DNA of 34,560 bases from a virus: the IMG/VR virus record IMGVR_UViG_3300017698_000040, positions 1 through 34,560 of that record, one strand, 5' to 3'. The notes under the pieces are model-generated. The model made no database searches and had not been told where the DNA came from. It saw nothing but the letters and a program-made list of their open reading frames with translations. How positions within the stretch are numbered: the first letter of the stretch is position 1; each line of letters opens with the position of its first letter. Below are positions 1 through 8,982 of the stretch, piece by piece. A program made the position numbers and the translations under genes.

Positions 1-99
1 AACGAGTACATCGTCAGCTTTGTCAGCGTTTCGGATCGTCTCTTGTGTTTCGTGATGAGACTTCTGTTCGTCCTCAAGGTCAAGCTTAGTCATTTCACG
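1..99. repeat. Terminal direct repeat, copy 1 (identical to 34462..34560); circular-closure overlap
   Basis: Bases 1..99 (aacgagtacatcgtcagc...catttcacg) match 34462..34560 base for base. The repeat lies inside the holin reading frame. Confidence 0.95.
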
Positions 100-342
100 G
101 ATGTGAGCACGAATGTTATCTTCGTCTTGAAGTGCAAGCTCTTTAAGCTTTATAACTGTTGTAGGGTCTGACTGTAGAGTTGCCATAACTTCAGCGGGGT
201 CAGATGAACCCGTTGCGCTTGACACCAGGGCAACCCCAGAAGCAACAGCCCCAGGGACGTTACCTGTCAGTAGCGATCCAACCAGTGCCGCACCCGTACC
301 AGCATTATCTTTTAACCAATCACCAACATCAGACCATTTCAT
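1..342 (-). CDS. 3-TM holin, N-terminal part (gene starts at 342, runs off base 1 and continues at 34461..34282; 173 aa in total)
   Basis: Manual translation of 342->94 gives MKWSDVGDWLKDNAGTGAALVGSLLTGNVPGAVASGVALVSSATGSSDPAEVMATLQSDPTTVIKLKELALQDEDNIRAHIRE, in frame with MTKLDLEDEQ... of ORF 34282..34554. The ATG at 340-342 overlaps the upstream stop (TGATG). A Gly-rich N-terminal TM, a charged helix and two C-terminal TMs resemble the 'holin of 3TMs for gene-transfer release' family (PF11351, from memory). Confidence 0.75.
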   Translation of the reverse strand, partial: MKWSDVGDWLKDNAGTGAALVGSLLTGNVPGAVASGVALVSSATGSSDPAEVMATLQSDPTTVIKLKELALQDEDNIRAHIREMTKLDLEDEQKSHHETQETIRNADKADDVLV

Positions 343-632
343 CAGTCCACTCCTAATTTATGAGAGATCCCCGCCCATATTGCGGCCATGATAGCCGTTG
401 ATATTACTGCTGCTGCAACAATAAACCCCTTGTCAAAAGCTTTACGTAGTTGATCTCCAAACCGTAATGATATGCGAAACTGTTCGACCTGTTCAGGTTT
501 GTCAACATCGACGCCAAGAATTGCAAACACCTTTTTAACTGCTTTGTCTGAAGCTACTTCAGCAGCTTTTTCAGCGTGATCACAGTTCTCTCGTCTATCA
601 ACTCCATTCGGTGTTTTTGCGCAGTCAGTCAT
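342..632 (-). CDS. Lysis-cassette protein with a single C-terminal TM anchor (96 aa); function unknown, possible holin partner or antiholin
   Basis: ORF track. There is an AAAGGA SD upstream of the ATG at 632. The N-terminus is charged and soluble, and GFIVAAAVISTAIMAAIWAGI is a C-terminal TM. It sits between the endolysin and the holin. Confidence 0.7.
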   Translation of the reverse strand: MTDCAKTPNGVDRRENCDHAEKAAEVASDKAVKKVFAILGVDVDKPEQVEQFRISLRFGDQLRKAFDKGFIVAAAVISTAIMAAIWAGISHKLGVD

Positions 633-644
633 GGAAGATCCTTT

Positions 645-755
645 TTAGGAAAGAAGAATTGTCATAATGGAGCCGATAAAAAACCAAAAAACGGCATGTA
701 CAGCATAATGTTGTTTTTTAAAACTATCATATCCATTGAAGAAAAAATCTTTCAT
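645..755 (-). CDS. Small membrane peptide (36 aa, MKDFFFNGYDSFKKQHYAVHAVFWFFIGSIMTILLS)
   Basis: Not in the ORF track (below 60 aa). The ATG at 753-755 overlaps the endolysin stop (TAATG). There is one hydrophobic segment, and the ORF fills the 632..755 gap in the lysis cassette. Confidence 0.45.
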   Translation of the reverse strand: MKDFFFNGYDSFKKQHYAVHAVFWFFIGSIMTILLS

Positions 756-1105
756 TATTTGCTCCTATTGTCCCATCGTGCGGGGCCACTGGTTCTTGTG
801 TCAACATGCACAAAAGTATCATAAACACCAAAGCCGTACTTATCCGGATATTGGCGGCATAGATATTGAAATGTTTTCCATGGGTCTGACACTCTTAAAT
901 CTGCTGCACGAGCCTTAGTGTGTTGCGACTCCTCAACGCCACCAACCATATGGTTATGCTTATGGCAACGGCAACCACTTAAAACAATCACTGGAGCGCC
1001 CTCAAATCCTCGGACATCATTGCAGACTCTTAATGTGTCTACATCAGTAGTATCGAACCCGCAACCACATTTACAAGCAAATTCTTTTCGTTTAAAATGG
1101 CCCAT
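755..1105 (-). CDS. Endolysin, zinc peptidase M15A (D-Ala-D-Ala carboxypeptidase / L-Ala-D-Glu peptidase type)
   Basis: Motifs FKRKEFACKCGCG, SGCRCHKHNHMVGGVEESQHTKARAADL and VHVD match the Peptidase_M15_3 pattern (H..D...H zinc ligands). I place the start at ATG 1103-1105, 7 nt after a GAGAGGG SD, rather than at the TTG at 1120. Confidence 0.9.
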   Translation of the reverse strand: MGHFKRKEFACKCGCGFDTTDVDTLRVCNDVRGFEGAPVIVLSGCRCHKHNHMVGGVEESQHTKARAADLRVSDPWKTFQYLCRQYPDKYGFGVYDTFVHVDTRTSGPARWDNRSK

Positions 1106-1116
1106 ATTCAACCCTC

Positions 1117-1215
1117 TCAACTTAGCAGTTCTTCTTTTATTGGTGTGGTAAATAAGACTTCCCTGTCACCATCTAAATACCCTATAGCGTATCCATTTTT
1201 AAATATATAAACCAC
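1117..1215 (-). CDS. Possible mini-ORF (32 aa, VVYIFKNGYAIGYLDGDREVLFTTPIKEELLS)
   Basis: A GTG start at 1213-1215 lies 6 nt after a GGAGG SD, directly downstream of the tail-fibre stop. The ORF ends inside the endolysin SD. It is below the track threshold. Confidence 0.3.
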   Translation of the reverse strand: MVYIFKNGYAIGYLDGDREVLFTTPIKEELLS

Positions 1216-1230
1216 AATATGCCTCCATTA

Positions 1231-3708
1231 TTAACGGAATATAGTCCAGTAAAAACTCATGTTGCCACCCGTTCTGTTTTCTATGTATATCTTTCCGTCA
1301 TTTGCTGCGGAAATGTTTATCCGGTTATCTAACCCTGTTGTCCCACTTAAAACGCCTGTGGTTACATTCATGACCGACCCGACATACCCTGCATCTGTCA
1401 TCCCTGGTGATACAGTGTCATATACAACTTGCGCTATTCTAGCATTTTGCCCTGCGCCGTTCGAGATTATAATAAATCCCTTCGGTGTCGATGGGGTGAA
1501 TGAGTATGCTGTATCATCTGCTAAAGTCCCCGACTGCCCAGATTGGAACTGCGGAGCTTCAAACTCACCTGTGTTCCTCTGCCTAGTTTCAAAGGCCCCA
1601 GCTTGCATCAAGATAGACTCAGATTTTAAAAGTACCGCATCCTCAGTAATTTTAACGCGATTTAATCGTGTCGGCTCATTATTGGAGTTTAGCCCGCCTC
1701 CACTATCCGGCACATCGAGTGTGATATTTCCACTACCAGGAGAAAAGGTATCTACGTCTTGACCAAAATATATTCTTGACCAGCCGGTGTCTGACCCTCC
1801 CACAGGGACATCAAACCTTGTTTGCCCCGTCGTTTGTCGAAAACGGCCACGAGCAGACCCTATGATATTTATCCTATTAACGTTTCCTTGCTCTAACCAC
1901 ACAGCATCTTTTAGTCGTGTCCCGTTGAAGGTAATATTATAACCATTCATTATTGCGGTCTTGTTAATATTACCTCCGTTGAAGAAAAGGTCATTAGTGT
2001 CACCGAGTGAATCAGCGTCAATATACAGATCCCAGTTCTCAGTCCTAAATGTCCCGCTCTCGTCGGAGATATATGCTGTAAGTATCTTTAGCGTAGTACC
2101 AGAAAGCAACGTGTATTGACTTGGGTTGTATGTCCCATTGTAGTTTGTAGTGTCGTCAATCTCGATGTCGACATTCTCGTTTACCAACCGATGTTTTTCG
2201 GAAAACGTGACGAGGGTTGCAGCACCCCCGTCTGTACTGGACAGACTAACTGTTAACGCTCTTTTAGTTCTGTTCTCTCCTAGCGTCAGGCCATCAAAAT
2301 AGTGCTCGACTACGTTAGATGCTGCACTTCCATAGATATACATATTGTAAGAGTCATTAGCCGCATCAGGTGTTGGGTGGTTATACCCACAAGACAACCC
2401 GCGGCAGTTTGTAAATTTTAATTCGCCATCTGCCAATATGTGATAGTTGTTAAACTTGGAGTTATTAAAGTTGCACCCGACAAGAGCACATCCCATAGTC
2501 CCTTCGTTCCAGAATCCGTAATCGTTAGAATCCGCATTAACATTACTGAGTGTATCGAAAAAGCCGTCGTCTTGATACAAGACAGCTTTCTCTCGCCCCC
2601 CAATATACACGTTAGAGACTTTGCGGTAACGATTAACCCCTGAAAACCTCACCCCAAAACCGCCAGCACCACTCAAACTAACATCTGATACTTTTGTTGT
2701 GTTAGCATCCAGCGATACCAGTACTGATGTAAGTTGCGTCGATTGACCATCTCCGAGCAGCTGTTGTCCGATGTTAGACAGGGAAAATGTAACAGGAGAC
2801 GAACTGCAATCATATACCCCACTTGGAAACCGTAAAGGAATCTGATGCGCATCAGGGCTGTCAATCGATCCCCCTGTGATTGTTGAATAATATGTGTCTA
2901 ACGCAGCCATCTCTGGACTTGTGTCAACGCCAGTATTTGCGACACCAAACCATAATGCGTTTAACCCTAATTCTGTTAGATATAAACGAACCCACGCACC
3001 GCTCGCGCCTGTTAAATCAGAATTTGGTGCAACGTAAATGCCTGATTGCGTATCTGCAGTTACTTCTGTTGATAGATTAGACGGATTCCATATAAAATGA
3101 CCTTGTCCACCATCACCAATTGTTGAATAGCCCGCCAGATAATAGACTGCATTCGTTGCTATTTCTTTCGTTCTCAAGTCGGCAATGTTGATTGCAACTT
3201 CACCGGAGAAATCAATCGTTCCGTCAGAGAGTTCGATACCGTCTCCGGTTGAATTAATCTGGAAGTATTTACTTGGCTCAAATCCTGGCATGGTGATCGG
3301 TTTCGGTCCCTGTTCTGACTCTTGAAAAAGAATTGCCCTGTTTGATAAATCTCCGATCTGTTTGACGAGCGAAACCACTCTATCTAGGTCATCGTTAACA
3401 ACATCAGGGATAAAATCACCGTTGTTTTGATAGTCAGTCTTTCTTGAGTCTGGGATAGCTGAGACAATAGTAACAAGATCATTGGCAGAGGTTGGCGTGG
3501 AAAGCGTTATCGCTCCACCATCTTCATCGCCAACACCTGCAACAGTGTACCCCGATACAAGGTCGTTAATATCATCAGCGTTTTGACCAGCTGGAGTCAC
3601 ATAAACATTAAGGTCAGTGGTATCAAAAATCTTAAACGTGTAATTGAATACAGTCTGACCAGCGTTTGCTGTGTATTCGTTTCTTGTTGGTAGTGCTGTA
3701 ATTGTCAT
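1231..3708 (-). CDS. Tail fibre / tailspike with a predicted right-handed beta-helix (pectate-lyase-like) depolymerase body (825 aa)
   Basis: It occupies the T7 gp17 position after the internal core genes. The N-terminus (YTANAGQTVFNYTFKIF..LNVYV) is typical of podovirus fibre adaptor domains. GYSTIGDGGQGHFIWN and Gly/Asn-rich repeats are typical of beta-helix tailspikes. Confidence 0.85.
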   Translation of the reverse strand: MTITALPTRNEYTANAGQTVFNYTFKIFDTTDLNVYVTPAGQNADDINDLVSGYTVAGVGDEDGGAITLSTPTSANDLVTIVSAIPDSRKTDYQNNGDFIPDVVNDDLDRVVSLVKQIGDLSNRAILFQESEQGPKPITMPGFEPSKYFQINSTGDGIELSDGTIDFSGEVAINIADLRTKEIATNAVYYLAGYSTIGDGGQGHFIWNPSNLSTEVTADTQSGIYVAPNSDLTGASGAWVRLYLTELGLNALWFGVANTGVDTSPEMAALDTYYSTITGGSIDSPDAHQIPLRFPSGVYDCSSSPVTFSLSNIGQQLLGDGQSTQLTSVLVSLDANTTKVSDVSLSGAGGFGVRFSGVNRYRKVSNVYIGGREKAVLYQDDGFFDTLSNVNADSNDYGFWNEGTMGCALVGCNFNNSKFNNYHILADGELKFTNCRGLSCGYNHPTPDAANDSYNMYIYGSAASNVVEHYFDGLTLGENRTKRALTVSLSSTDGGAATLVTFSEKHRLVNENVDIEIDDTTNYNGTYNPSQYTLLSGTTLKILTAYISDESGTFRTENWDLYIDADSLGDTNDLFFNGGNINKTAIMNGYNITFNGTRLKDAVWLEQGNVNRINIIGSARGRFRQTTGQTRFDVPVGGSDTGWSRIYFGQDVDTFSPGSGNITLDVPDSGGGLNSNNEPTRLNRVKITEDAVLLKSESILMQAGAFETRQRNTGEFEAPQFQSGQSGTLADDTAYSFTPSTPKGFIIISNGAGQNARIAQVVYDTVSPGMTDAGYVGSVMNVTTGVLSGTTGLDNRINISAANDGKIYIENRTGGNMSFYWTIFR

Positions 3709-6700
3709 TATCTCGCTCCAAGTTTGATAGCTTTTTCACGTTTTAGATTCTGAACGTCAAGAAATAACCTTGTATCTTCTTCAAGTAATACCTGTTTCGC
3801 TGCATTGCGATAGCTCTCAAAGACTGCACGGATCAATGTTGACTTTCCACCCTCTTGACCTTCCGTAGCGCTCTGATAAATTGGCTTCCTGAAAAGTTCT
3901 GTTAATTCACGTTTTAATGGATTTTTAACAAATCGGTTGTTTTCCCCTGCATAGAGCCTAATATATTTATCATATTGATGCGAATTAAGTTCGACACCAT
4001 CAATCACATTTCTAGGCATTCTGAGAAGTGTTTTTTGTGCAACAATCTCATCAGCAACAGGGTCTTTCTTGTTCTCACTGGTGTATATTGGAGACATAAT
4101 ATCTGGACCGAGGCCACCACTCAAAACAATAGGTTCTCCAAAAATATTTCTTCGCGGAGGCAGATCATCTGAAAACCCTGGGATACGAGACTTAATCTTT
4201 TCAAGTATACCCTGAGTTGCCTCAAGTTCTGGTGAGACAACACGCTCCAATCCTGCAACACCTGATGGTACTATAGATCCTGCAAAGCGCTCAACCCAGC
4301 GTCTCGCACGTTTATTGTTGTCTTCTGGGTCTGCACTAACGCTGCTCATCACATCGAAAAATTCGGAAACTCCAGATAGATAAGTCTTTGAAGTAATGTT
4401 CTGCGCAGCCGCGACAACAGATGATGTAGCTAAATCAAGAGCGTCTGCGTCTTCTGTTTGGCCTATTATTTCAGAAATATCAGCCGCAAGACCTATTGTT
4501 GCTCCAACCGGGTCAAGCCTACTGTATGAGAAATATTCATCACCAACTTTAATTGAATACGGTTGCCATCCTGTTTCGCGAAGCCTTGCTTTCATTTGTG
4601 GATTTTTTGGCCCACCGCCAGTAACCTGACCTGACAATGTATAATCAGCAGCAGCAGCCATAATCATTGATCCTGTCGCGATTTTAGCCAAAGCAAGGTC
4701 ACGCCTTGCACCGCCAGCGGCAACCTCCTCCCTGACACGTTTAGACAGTGGAGCAAGTATCGTTCTTTCACGGGCATACTTCATGATGTTTACAGGTGTT
4801 CTAATAAATGGAACGATCAACCTTGCTCCTGGAGTTTTCTGAACAAAGTTTTGCAGTGCCTGTCCACCCTCCTCAAGCGGTTTAGTGAATGTTTGATATC
4901 TACTGGCATCGATAGCCAATAAATCAAGGTTTTCAGGTGGATTTTCAATGATCTCTGTAACCCGTCTTGCAAGATCATCACCCTGCAAACCTTCCCCTGT
5001 TGCCTGTCTGAATGCTTGGGCGTGAAGTTCCATTCTGTAGCCGATTGACTTAAAAAGCTCATCTCCAGCTGTAAGGAATCTGCCTGGAACTCTGACAGCC
5101 TCACCAACAAAATCAGCAAAACGACCGGCAGTTCCAGAAAGATTCAAATTCTCGGCTGTAATTGCTCTATGTCCTTGCGCTTCAACTTTTGTGATAACGT
5201 CTTCTGGTTCACCTGTTTTTAGCGCTTTCCATGCTAAACGCATTCCGTCTTTTGTGCCTTGCACCATTCCGAAAGCTTGAGCAGCTGCTTCACCTTCGGG
5301 GATGTTTTGGAAGTCAAGACCACCGCCGATAACTGAAGCAACTTTTCTCTCAGCAACAGCCCAACCAGCAACAATGGAGTTTGAAAGAACATTGACGGTA
5401 TGCGTTGATGGGTTACTCAGAAGCCCGTTAATCCAAGCCTCATAGATCATTGCTTTTGTTTTTGCTCCAGATGCTTGCTTGACGAAGGTATTAATCTGAT
5501 GGGGACCCTCAAGTTGAGCAAGTTGACCGGCTAGTGTCCTTGAATTCTCAGCGCCACCACCGGCCTCAAGAGCCTCCTTGATCATTCGTTCTTGTTCTTT
5601 TGCGCTTCTGGCAACGATATTAAACGAACCTAGAGCGCGGCCAGCTTCAGCGGTAAGCCCTGAAACCTGCGCTTGAATTGCATGGTGTCGTGACATCGCT
5701 TTTCTGAATTTCAGAACATCAACTTCAGCCCCTGCTTTTGCTTCTTTTGCAAGCTTTATAAGGTTTTCACCTGAAGCAACCAGTATCTTTCTTGCTGCAA
5801 CCGCTTGTTCAGCATTGAACGCTTCCCCCCTACGTCTTTGGAGAAGGCCTTCGACTGACATACCTAGATCATCGGCAAGCTTCTCAGTTTCTTCTCTGGT
5901 GATAATCTCACGCCTTGCCTCGTTGATATCTTTTGAAAACTTATCAGCAACACCATCTATCAACTTCACAACATCTTCCTCAGTGTCGAGTCGATCGGTA
6001 TTGATATTTAATGCTCGCTCTTTTCCTGCTGGCTTTGATCCAACTTTGAAAGCCGGGTCTTCTGTGTCATCGAACTGCTTGAATTCAGGCTCACTCTTTT
6101 CAGTAGGAACTAACCCTCTTTCATCCGCCTCAACATCTGCCAATCGTTCAATCTGAGCCGTTTCTTCTTGCGCCGCTTTCTTTGTTATCTTTGTTCTCCT
6201 GTTTGCCCTGACACCCTTTGCGGCAAAGAAAAACCCCTCAGTCAACGCACCAAGACCAAGCCCTTCAACGGCATTCTTGAAGCGACCTTCTGCCTCTGAG
6301 TCTTCCGGATCTGCTGCAAGGTATTCAGTCACGGGGTTTTGCAATGCTGGGAACTCTTGAACTAGATTAGAAAAACGCTCTTCGTGTGGGTCAAAGACAA
6401 TTACATCAGCCGCAGCCCCAGCGGATGCAGCCTTTGCCGCTTTACCAACGACTGAAGCAGCTTTGACACCTTTGATTGCTCTTGTCGCTGGCAAAAAACC
6501 CGTAAGAAATTGAGCAACGCCGCGAACAAGATTCCCCGTTGTTGATTCTGGATCTTTTACTTCAACGCCAGACAGTGGAGTTTCCCCCCCCCTTGATTCA
6601 AACTCTTCACGCGATACAAGATCAAGATCAAACTCTCCTTTTTTATTCGTCAATTGAAGCACTGATGGGACGCTGATAGCGCTCAGAAGAGAGTCAGACG

Positions 6701-6935
6701 CTTGTGATGCTTCTTTTACTGCATCAAAAACACCACCTGCTATTTGACGTGGTGTTTCAATTATCCCACGCCCGATATCAGCAGCAATCTTGCCAGGTGA
6801 GAAAGAAAAACTCTCCGCGCCAGGGTCAGCTATTGCGGCTTGTGGTGTTTGAGCTGCTCTAAGCCTCTGTGCTGGCGTTAGCTGCGATGTATTACGTCTT
6901 TGCAGGTATTCACCTGTCAAATCATTGGTTGGCAT
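3708..6935 (-). CDS. Internal virion (ejection/core) protein, gp16-like by size and position (1075 aa)
   Basis: This is the largest ORF and is the last of three genes between the nozzle protein and the tail fibre, as in T7-type virion modules. The start has an AAAGGA SD and the stop is TAATG-coupled to the fibre gene. No catalytic motif was recognised. Confidence 0.7.
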   Translation of the reverse strand: MPTNDLTGEYLQRRNTSQLTPAQRLRAAQTPQAAIADPGAESFSFSPGKIAADIGRGIIETPRQIAGGVFDAVKEASQASDSLLSAISVPSVLQLTNKKGEFDLDLVSREEFESRGGETPLSGVEVKDPESTTGNLVRGVAQFLTGFLPATRAIKGVKAASVVGKAAKAASAGAAADVIVFDPHEERFSNLVQEFPALQNPVTEYLAADPEDSEAEGRFKNAVEGLGLGALTEGFFFAAKGVRANRRTKITKKAAQEETAQIERLADVEADERGLVPTEKSEPEFKQFDDTEDPAFKVGSKPAGKERALNINTDRLDTEEDVVKLIDGVADKFSKDINEARREIITREETEKLADDLGMSVEGLLQRRRGEAFNAEQAVAARKILVASGENLIKLAKEAKAGAEVDVLKFRKAMSRHHAIQAQVSGLTAEAGRALGSFNIVARSAKEQERMIKEALEAGGGAENSRTLAGQLAQLEGPHQINTFVKQASGAKTKAMIYEAWINGLLSNPSTHTVNVLSNSIVAGWAVAERKVASVIGGGLDFQNIPEGEAAAQAFGMVQGTKDGMRLAWKALKTGEPEDVITKVEAQGHRAITAENLNLSGTAGRFADFVGEAVRVPGRFLTAGDELFKSIGYRMELHAQAFRQATGEGLQGDDLARRVTEIIENPPENLDLLAIDASRYQTFTKPLEEGGQALQNFVQKTPGARLIVPFIRTPVNIMKYARERTILAPLSKRVREEVAAGGARRDLALAKIATGSMIMAAAADYTLSGQVTGGGPKNPQMKARLRETGWQPYSIKVGDEYFSYSRLDPVGATIGLAADISEIIGQTEDADALDLATSSVVAAAQNITSKTYLSGVSEFFDVMSSVSADPEDNNKRARRWVERFAGSIVPSGVAGLERVVSPELEATQGILEKIKSRIPGFSDDLPPRRNIFGEPIVLSGGLGPDIMSPIYTSENKKDPVADEIVAQKTLLRMPRNVIDGVELNSHQYDKYIRLYAGENNRFVKNPLKRELTELFRKPIYQSATEGQEGGKSTLIRAVFESYRNAAKQVLLEEDTRLFLDVQNLKREKAIKLGAR

Positions 6936-8538
6936 TTACAGCATCCTTTCTGCTTTTGTCGAATGCTTGTATATTATCACGAAGCTGTATCAATCTTTCA
7001 ACCTTTTGAAACTCAAAGTTGTAGGTATCGTCATCAATTTGGTTTGACAAAATTGCAGTGTTCAAAAGTTCAAGCGCCTGATTAAGGTCTTGCTTATTGC
7101 CAAACATCGGGTTTGATGCTCTGTCGAACTCATCTTTCCCCACCAATTCATCAGCAACCGTCCATTCATCTTCACCAGCGAGAACCCTCTCAGAGAACTC
7201 ACGCCTTGAATTTGCAAGCCTCTTCTCTGACTCCTGATCTAAAGCCCCAAATGGTCCGGTAACCTTCATTGATTGAGTGATAAACCCTTCTGCACGTTTA
7301 ACTGAGCTTGTTTTTAAGATTGATTCGTCATCGTCTTCTTTATCGTTTGCAGCAAGAAGGCTTGCAGCTGTTGCTTCGGTTAGATTTGTCCCAGCATTCG
7401 CCATAATATCACCACGCATGTCTTGCCCCCCCCTGATTGAATCCTGAATGCGCGTTACAAGCGACCAATCATCAACACCTTTACCGCGAGTGTTAAGGGT
7501 GTTTGTAAGTTTCGTTGCTTGCTCTTGAGAGATTTGACGGTTGTTAAGTGCTGACATAACGTCTTGGACCGTACTCGTTCCTGAGATTACACCAGAGAAC
7601 AATTCAATTGATTTGGACTTTTGCCCCTGCTTTACAAGCTCTTGCTCTGTGTCTTCAAGTTTATTATGGAGCGAAAGTGATTCATTTATCTCTGAAGTCA
7701 TTGCCGTGATAATTTCGTCATGCTCCTCAATAGTGAACCCCTTCGGAACCTTCTCTCGAAATTTTATTATTGCTTCAACTGCACCGTTATAGTTACCATC
7801 GGTCATCATACTCTTAACACCACCGATAATTGTCTCTCTAGTTGCCTTCAGTTCAGCATCACGCTTTTTAATAGCCATTTCTGGGGCAGTCATGATGCCA
7901 GATTCAACCTGTCCATCGTAAATTGCAAACAAATCCTGTAGGCTCTCAGCAGATCCGAGCATGTCACCACTTCTTGCTGCGGTTAGGGATTTATCTAGTA
8001 ATGACTGAGCAGCAAGTTCAGTTTCTGCTGTTGCAATCTCCCTTTGCTTCTGTATTTCGTTGGTCTGTATTTTAATTCTAGTGTTGCTAATTTTGCTATC
8101 GATATCCTGTTGGACAAGTTGACGAACTGATGGGTCAACGTTTTTAATTATAGCGTTCCGATAACTTGTTATCTGATCATTAAAGTTAATGAGGTTATCA
8201 GGGTTTTCTGCTGCGATCCGACCAATGGCCTCACGGTTATCATTGTCAAGAGATGCAAGATACGCATTTTTTAATGCTTTATTGTGGGCCTGTGTCTCGA
8301 TACTTCCAAAAAAGCCTACACCTTTAAACTCTGGAGCCTGTGTGATATCTCCTTCTTTTGCCAATGTAACTTGCTCTGCTGATCTGATCCCTCTTGCCTG
8401 TGCCAATTCACCCGATTTTTGAATCGCTTGCTGCTTAAAGCCCTCTAATTTATCGGCAAGTGAAAGTAGTCCAGATGCTGCTCCTGAACGTGGGTCAATC
8501 GTCTGAAGTTGAGTTTTCTGGTTGAATCGTTCAGCCAT
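6922..8538 (-). CDS. Internal virion protein, gp15-like by position (538 aa, alpha-helical, charged)
   Basis: ORF track. It is TAATG-coupled to the upstream 145-aa gene and overlaps the downstream gene by 14 nt. Its composition is typical of podovirus core proteins. Confidence 0.65.
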   Translation of the reverse strand: MAERFNQKTQLQTIDPRSGAASGLLSLADKLEGFKQQAIQKSGELAQARGIRSAEQVTLAKEGDITQAPEFKGVGFFGSIETQAHNKALKNAYLASLDNDNREAIGRIAAENPDNLINFNDQITSYRNAIIKNVDPSVRQLVQQDIDSKISNTRIKIQTNEIQKQREIATAETELAAQSLLDKSLTAARSGDMLGSAESLQDLFAIYDGQVESGIMTAPEMAIKKRDAELKATRETIIGGVKSMMTDGNYNGAVEAIIKFREKVPKGFTIEEHDEIITAMTSEINESLSLHNKLEDTEQELVKQGQKSKSIELFSGVISGTSTVQDVMSALNNRQISQEQATKLTNTLNTRGKGVDDWSLVTRIQDSIRGGQDMRGDIMANAGTNLTEATAASLLAANDKEDDDESILKTSSVKRAEGFITQSMKVTGPFGALDQESEKRLANSRREFSERVLAGEDEWTVADELVGKDEFDRASNPMFGNKQDLNQALELLNTAILSNQIDDDTYNFEFQKVERLIQLRDNIQAFDKSRKDAVNANQ

Positions 8539-8975
8539 TATTTACCCCCGCCACTGAAGGAGGGTGAGGAAGCTGCTATTTTGCTAAAATCACTAATCAA
8601 TCCAATTGCTGCCCCAGATTCTGCGGCCTTTTTAGCAATCGTTCCCCTTGTTCTTGTTGTCAGTGTTGACAGCTGGGACATGAAGAGATCGCGCTGTGTT
8701 GCTTCTTCTTCCCTTGAAATGTCTTCCTGAAGAATAGCAAGAGGTGATCCTTCAAACGCTGCTATTCCACGCGAACCTGATGTTGCTGTCTGGCTTGCTA
8801 AGGCTCTCGCTAGGGATTCCTTCCGGTCTGATTCACGTTGGATAGTTGCAAGTTCTTCCTGCTTTGCAGCCGTTTCTGATTCTATCTGCTGAATCTTACC
8901 GGCGGTTCTCTGCTGGGAGGCTTGCATTAAGCTTGTTCCAGCTGAAATTATTAATGGTATTGCGGCTACACCCAT
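8538..8975 (-). CDS. Internal virion protein A, gp14-like (145 aa)
   Basis: A hydrophobic N-terminus (GVAAIPLIISAGTSL) is followed by Q/A/S-rich helices, as in small internal virion proteins of T7/phiKMV-type phages. It lies directly after the nozzle gene. Confidence 0.6.
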   Translation of the reverse strand: MGVAAIPLIISAGTSLMQASQQRTAGKIQQIESETAAKQEELATIQRESDRKESLARALASQTATSGSRGIAAFEGSPLAILQEDISREEEATQRDLFMSQLSTLTTRTRGTIAKKAAESGAAIGLISDFSKIAASSPSFSGGGK

Positions 8976-8982
8976 ATCAACC

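Noticed and set aside
1-99. The 99-bp terminal repeat as genuine physical direct terminal repeats of a T7-like genome
   Set aside because: The repeat lies in the middle of the holin reading frame and has a length typical of a k-mer overlap. Real DTRs are normally intergenic. It is kept only as a circular-closure marker, pending read-terminus analysis.
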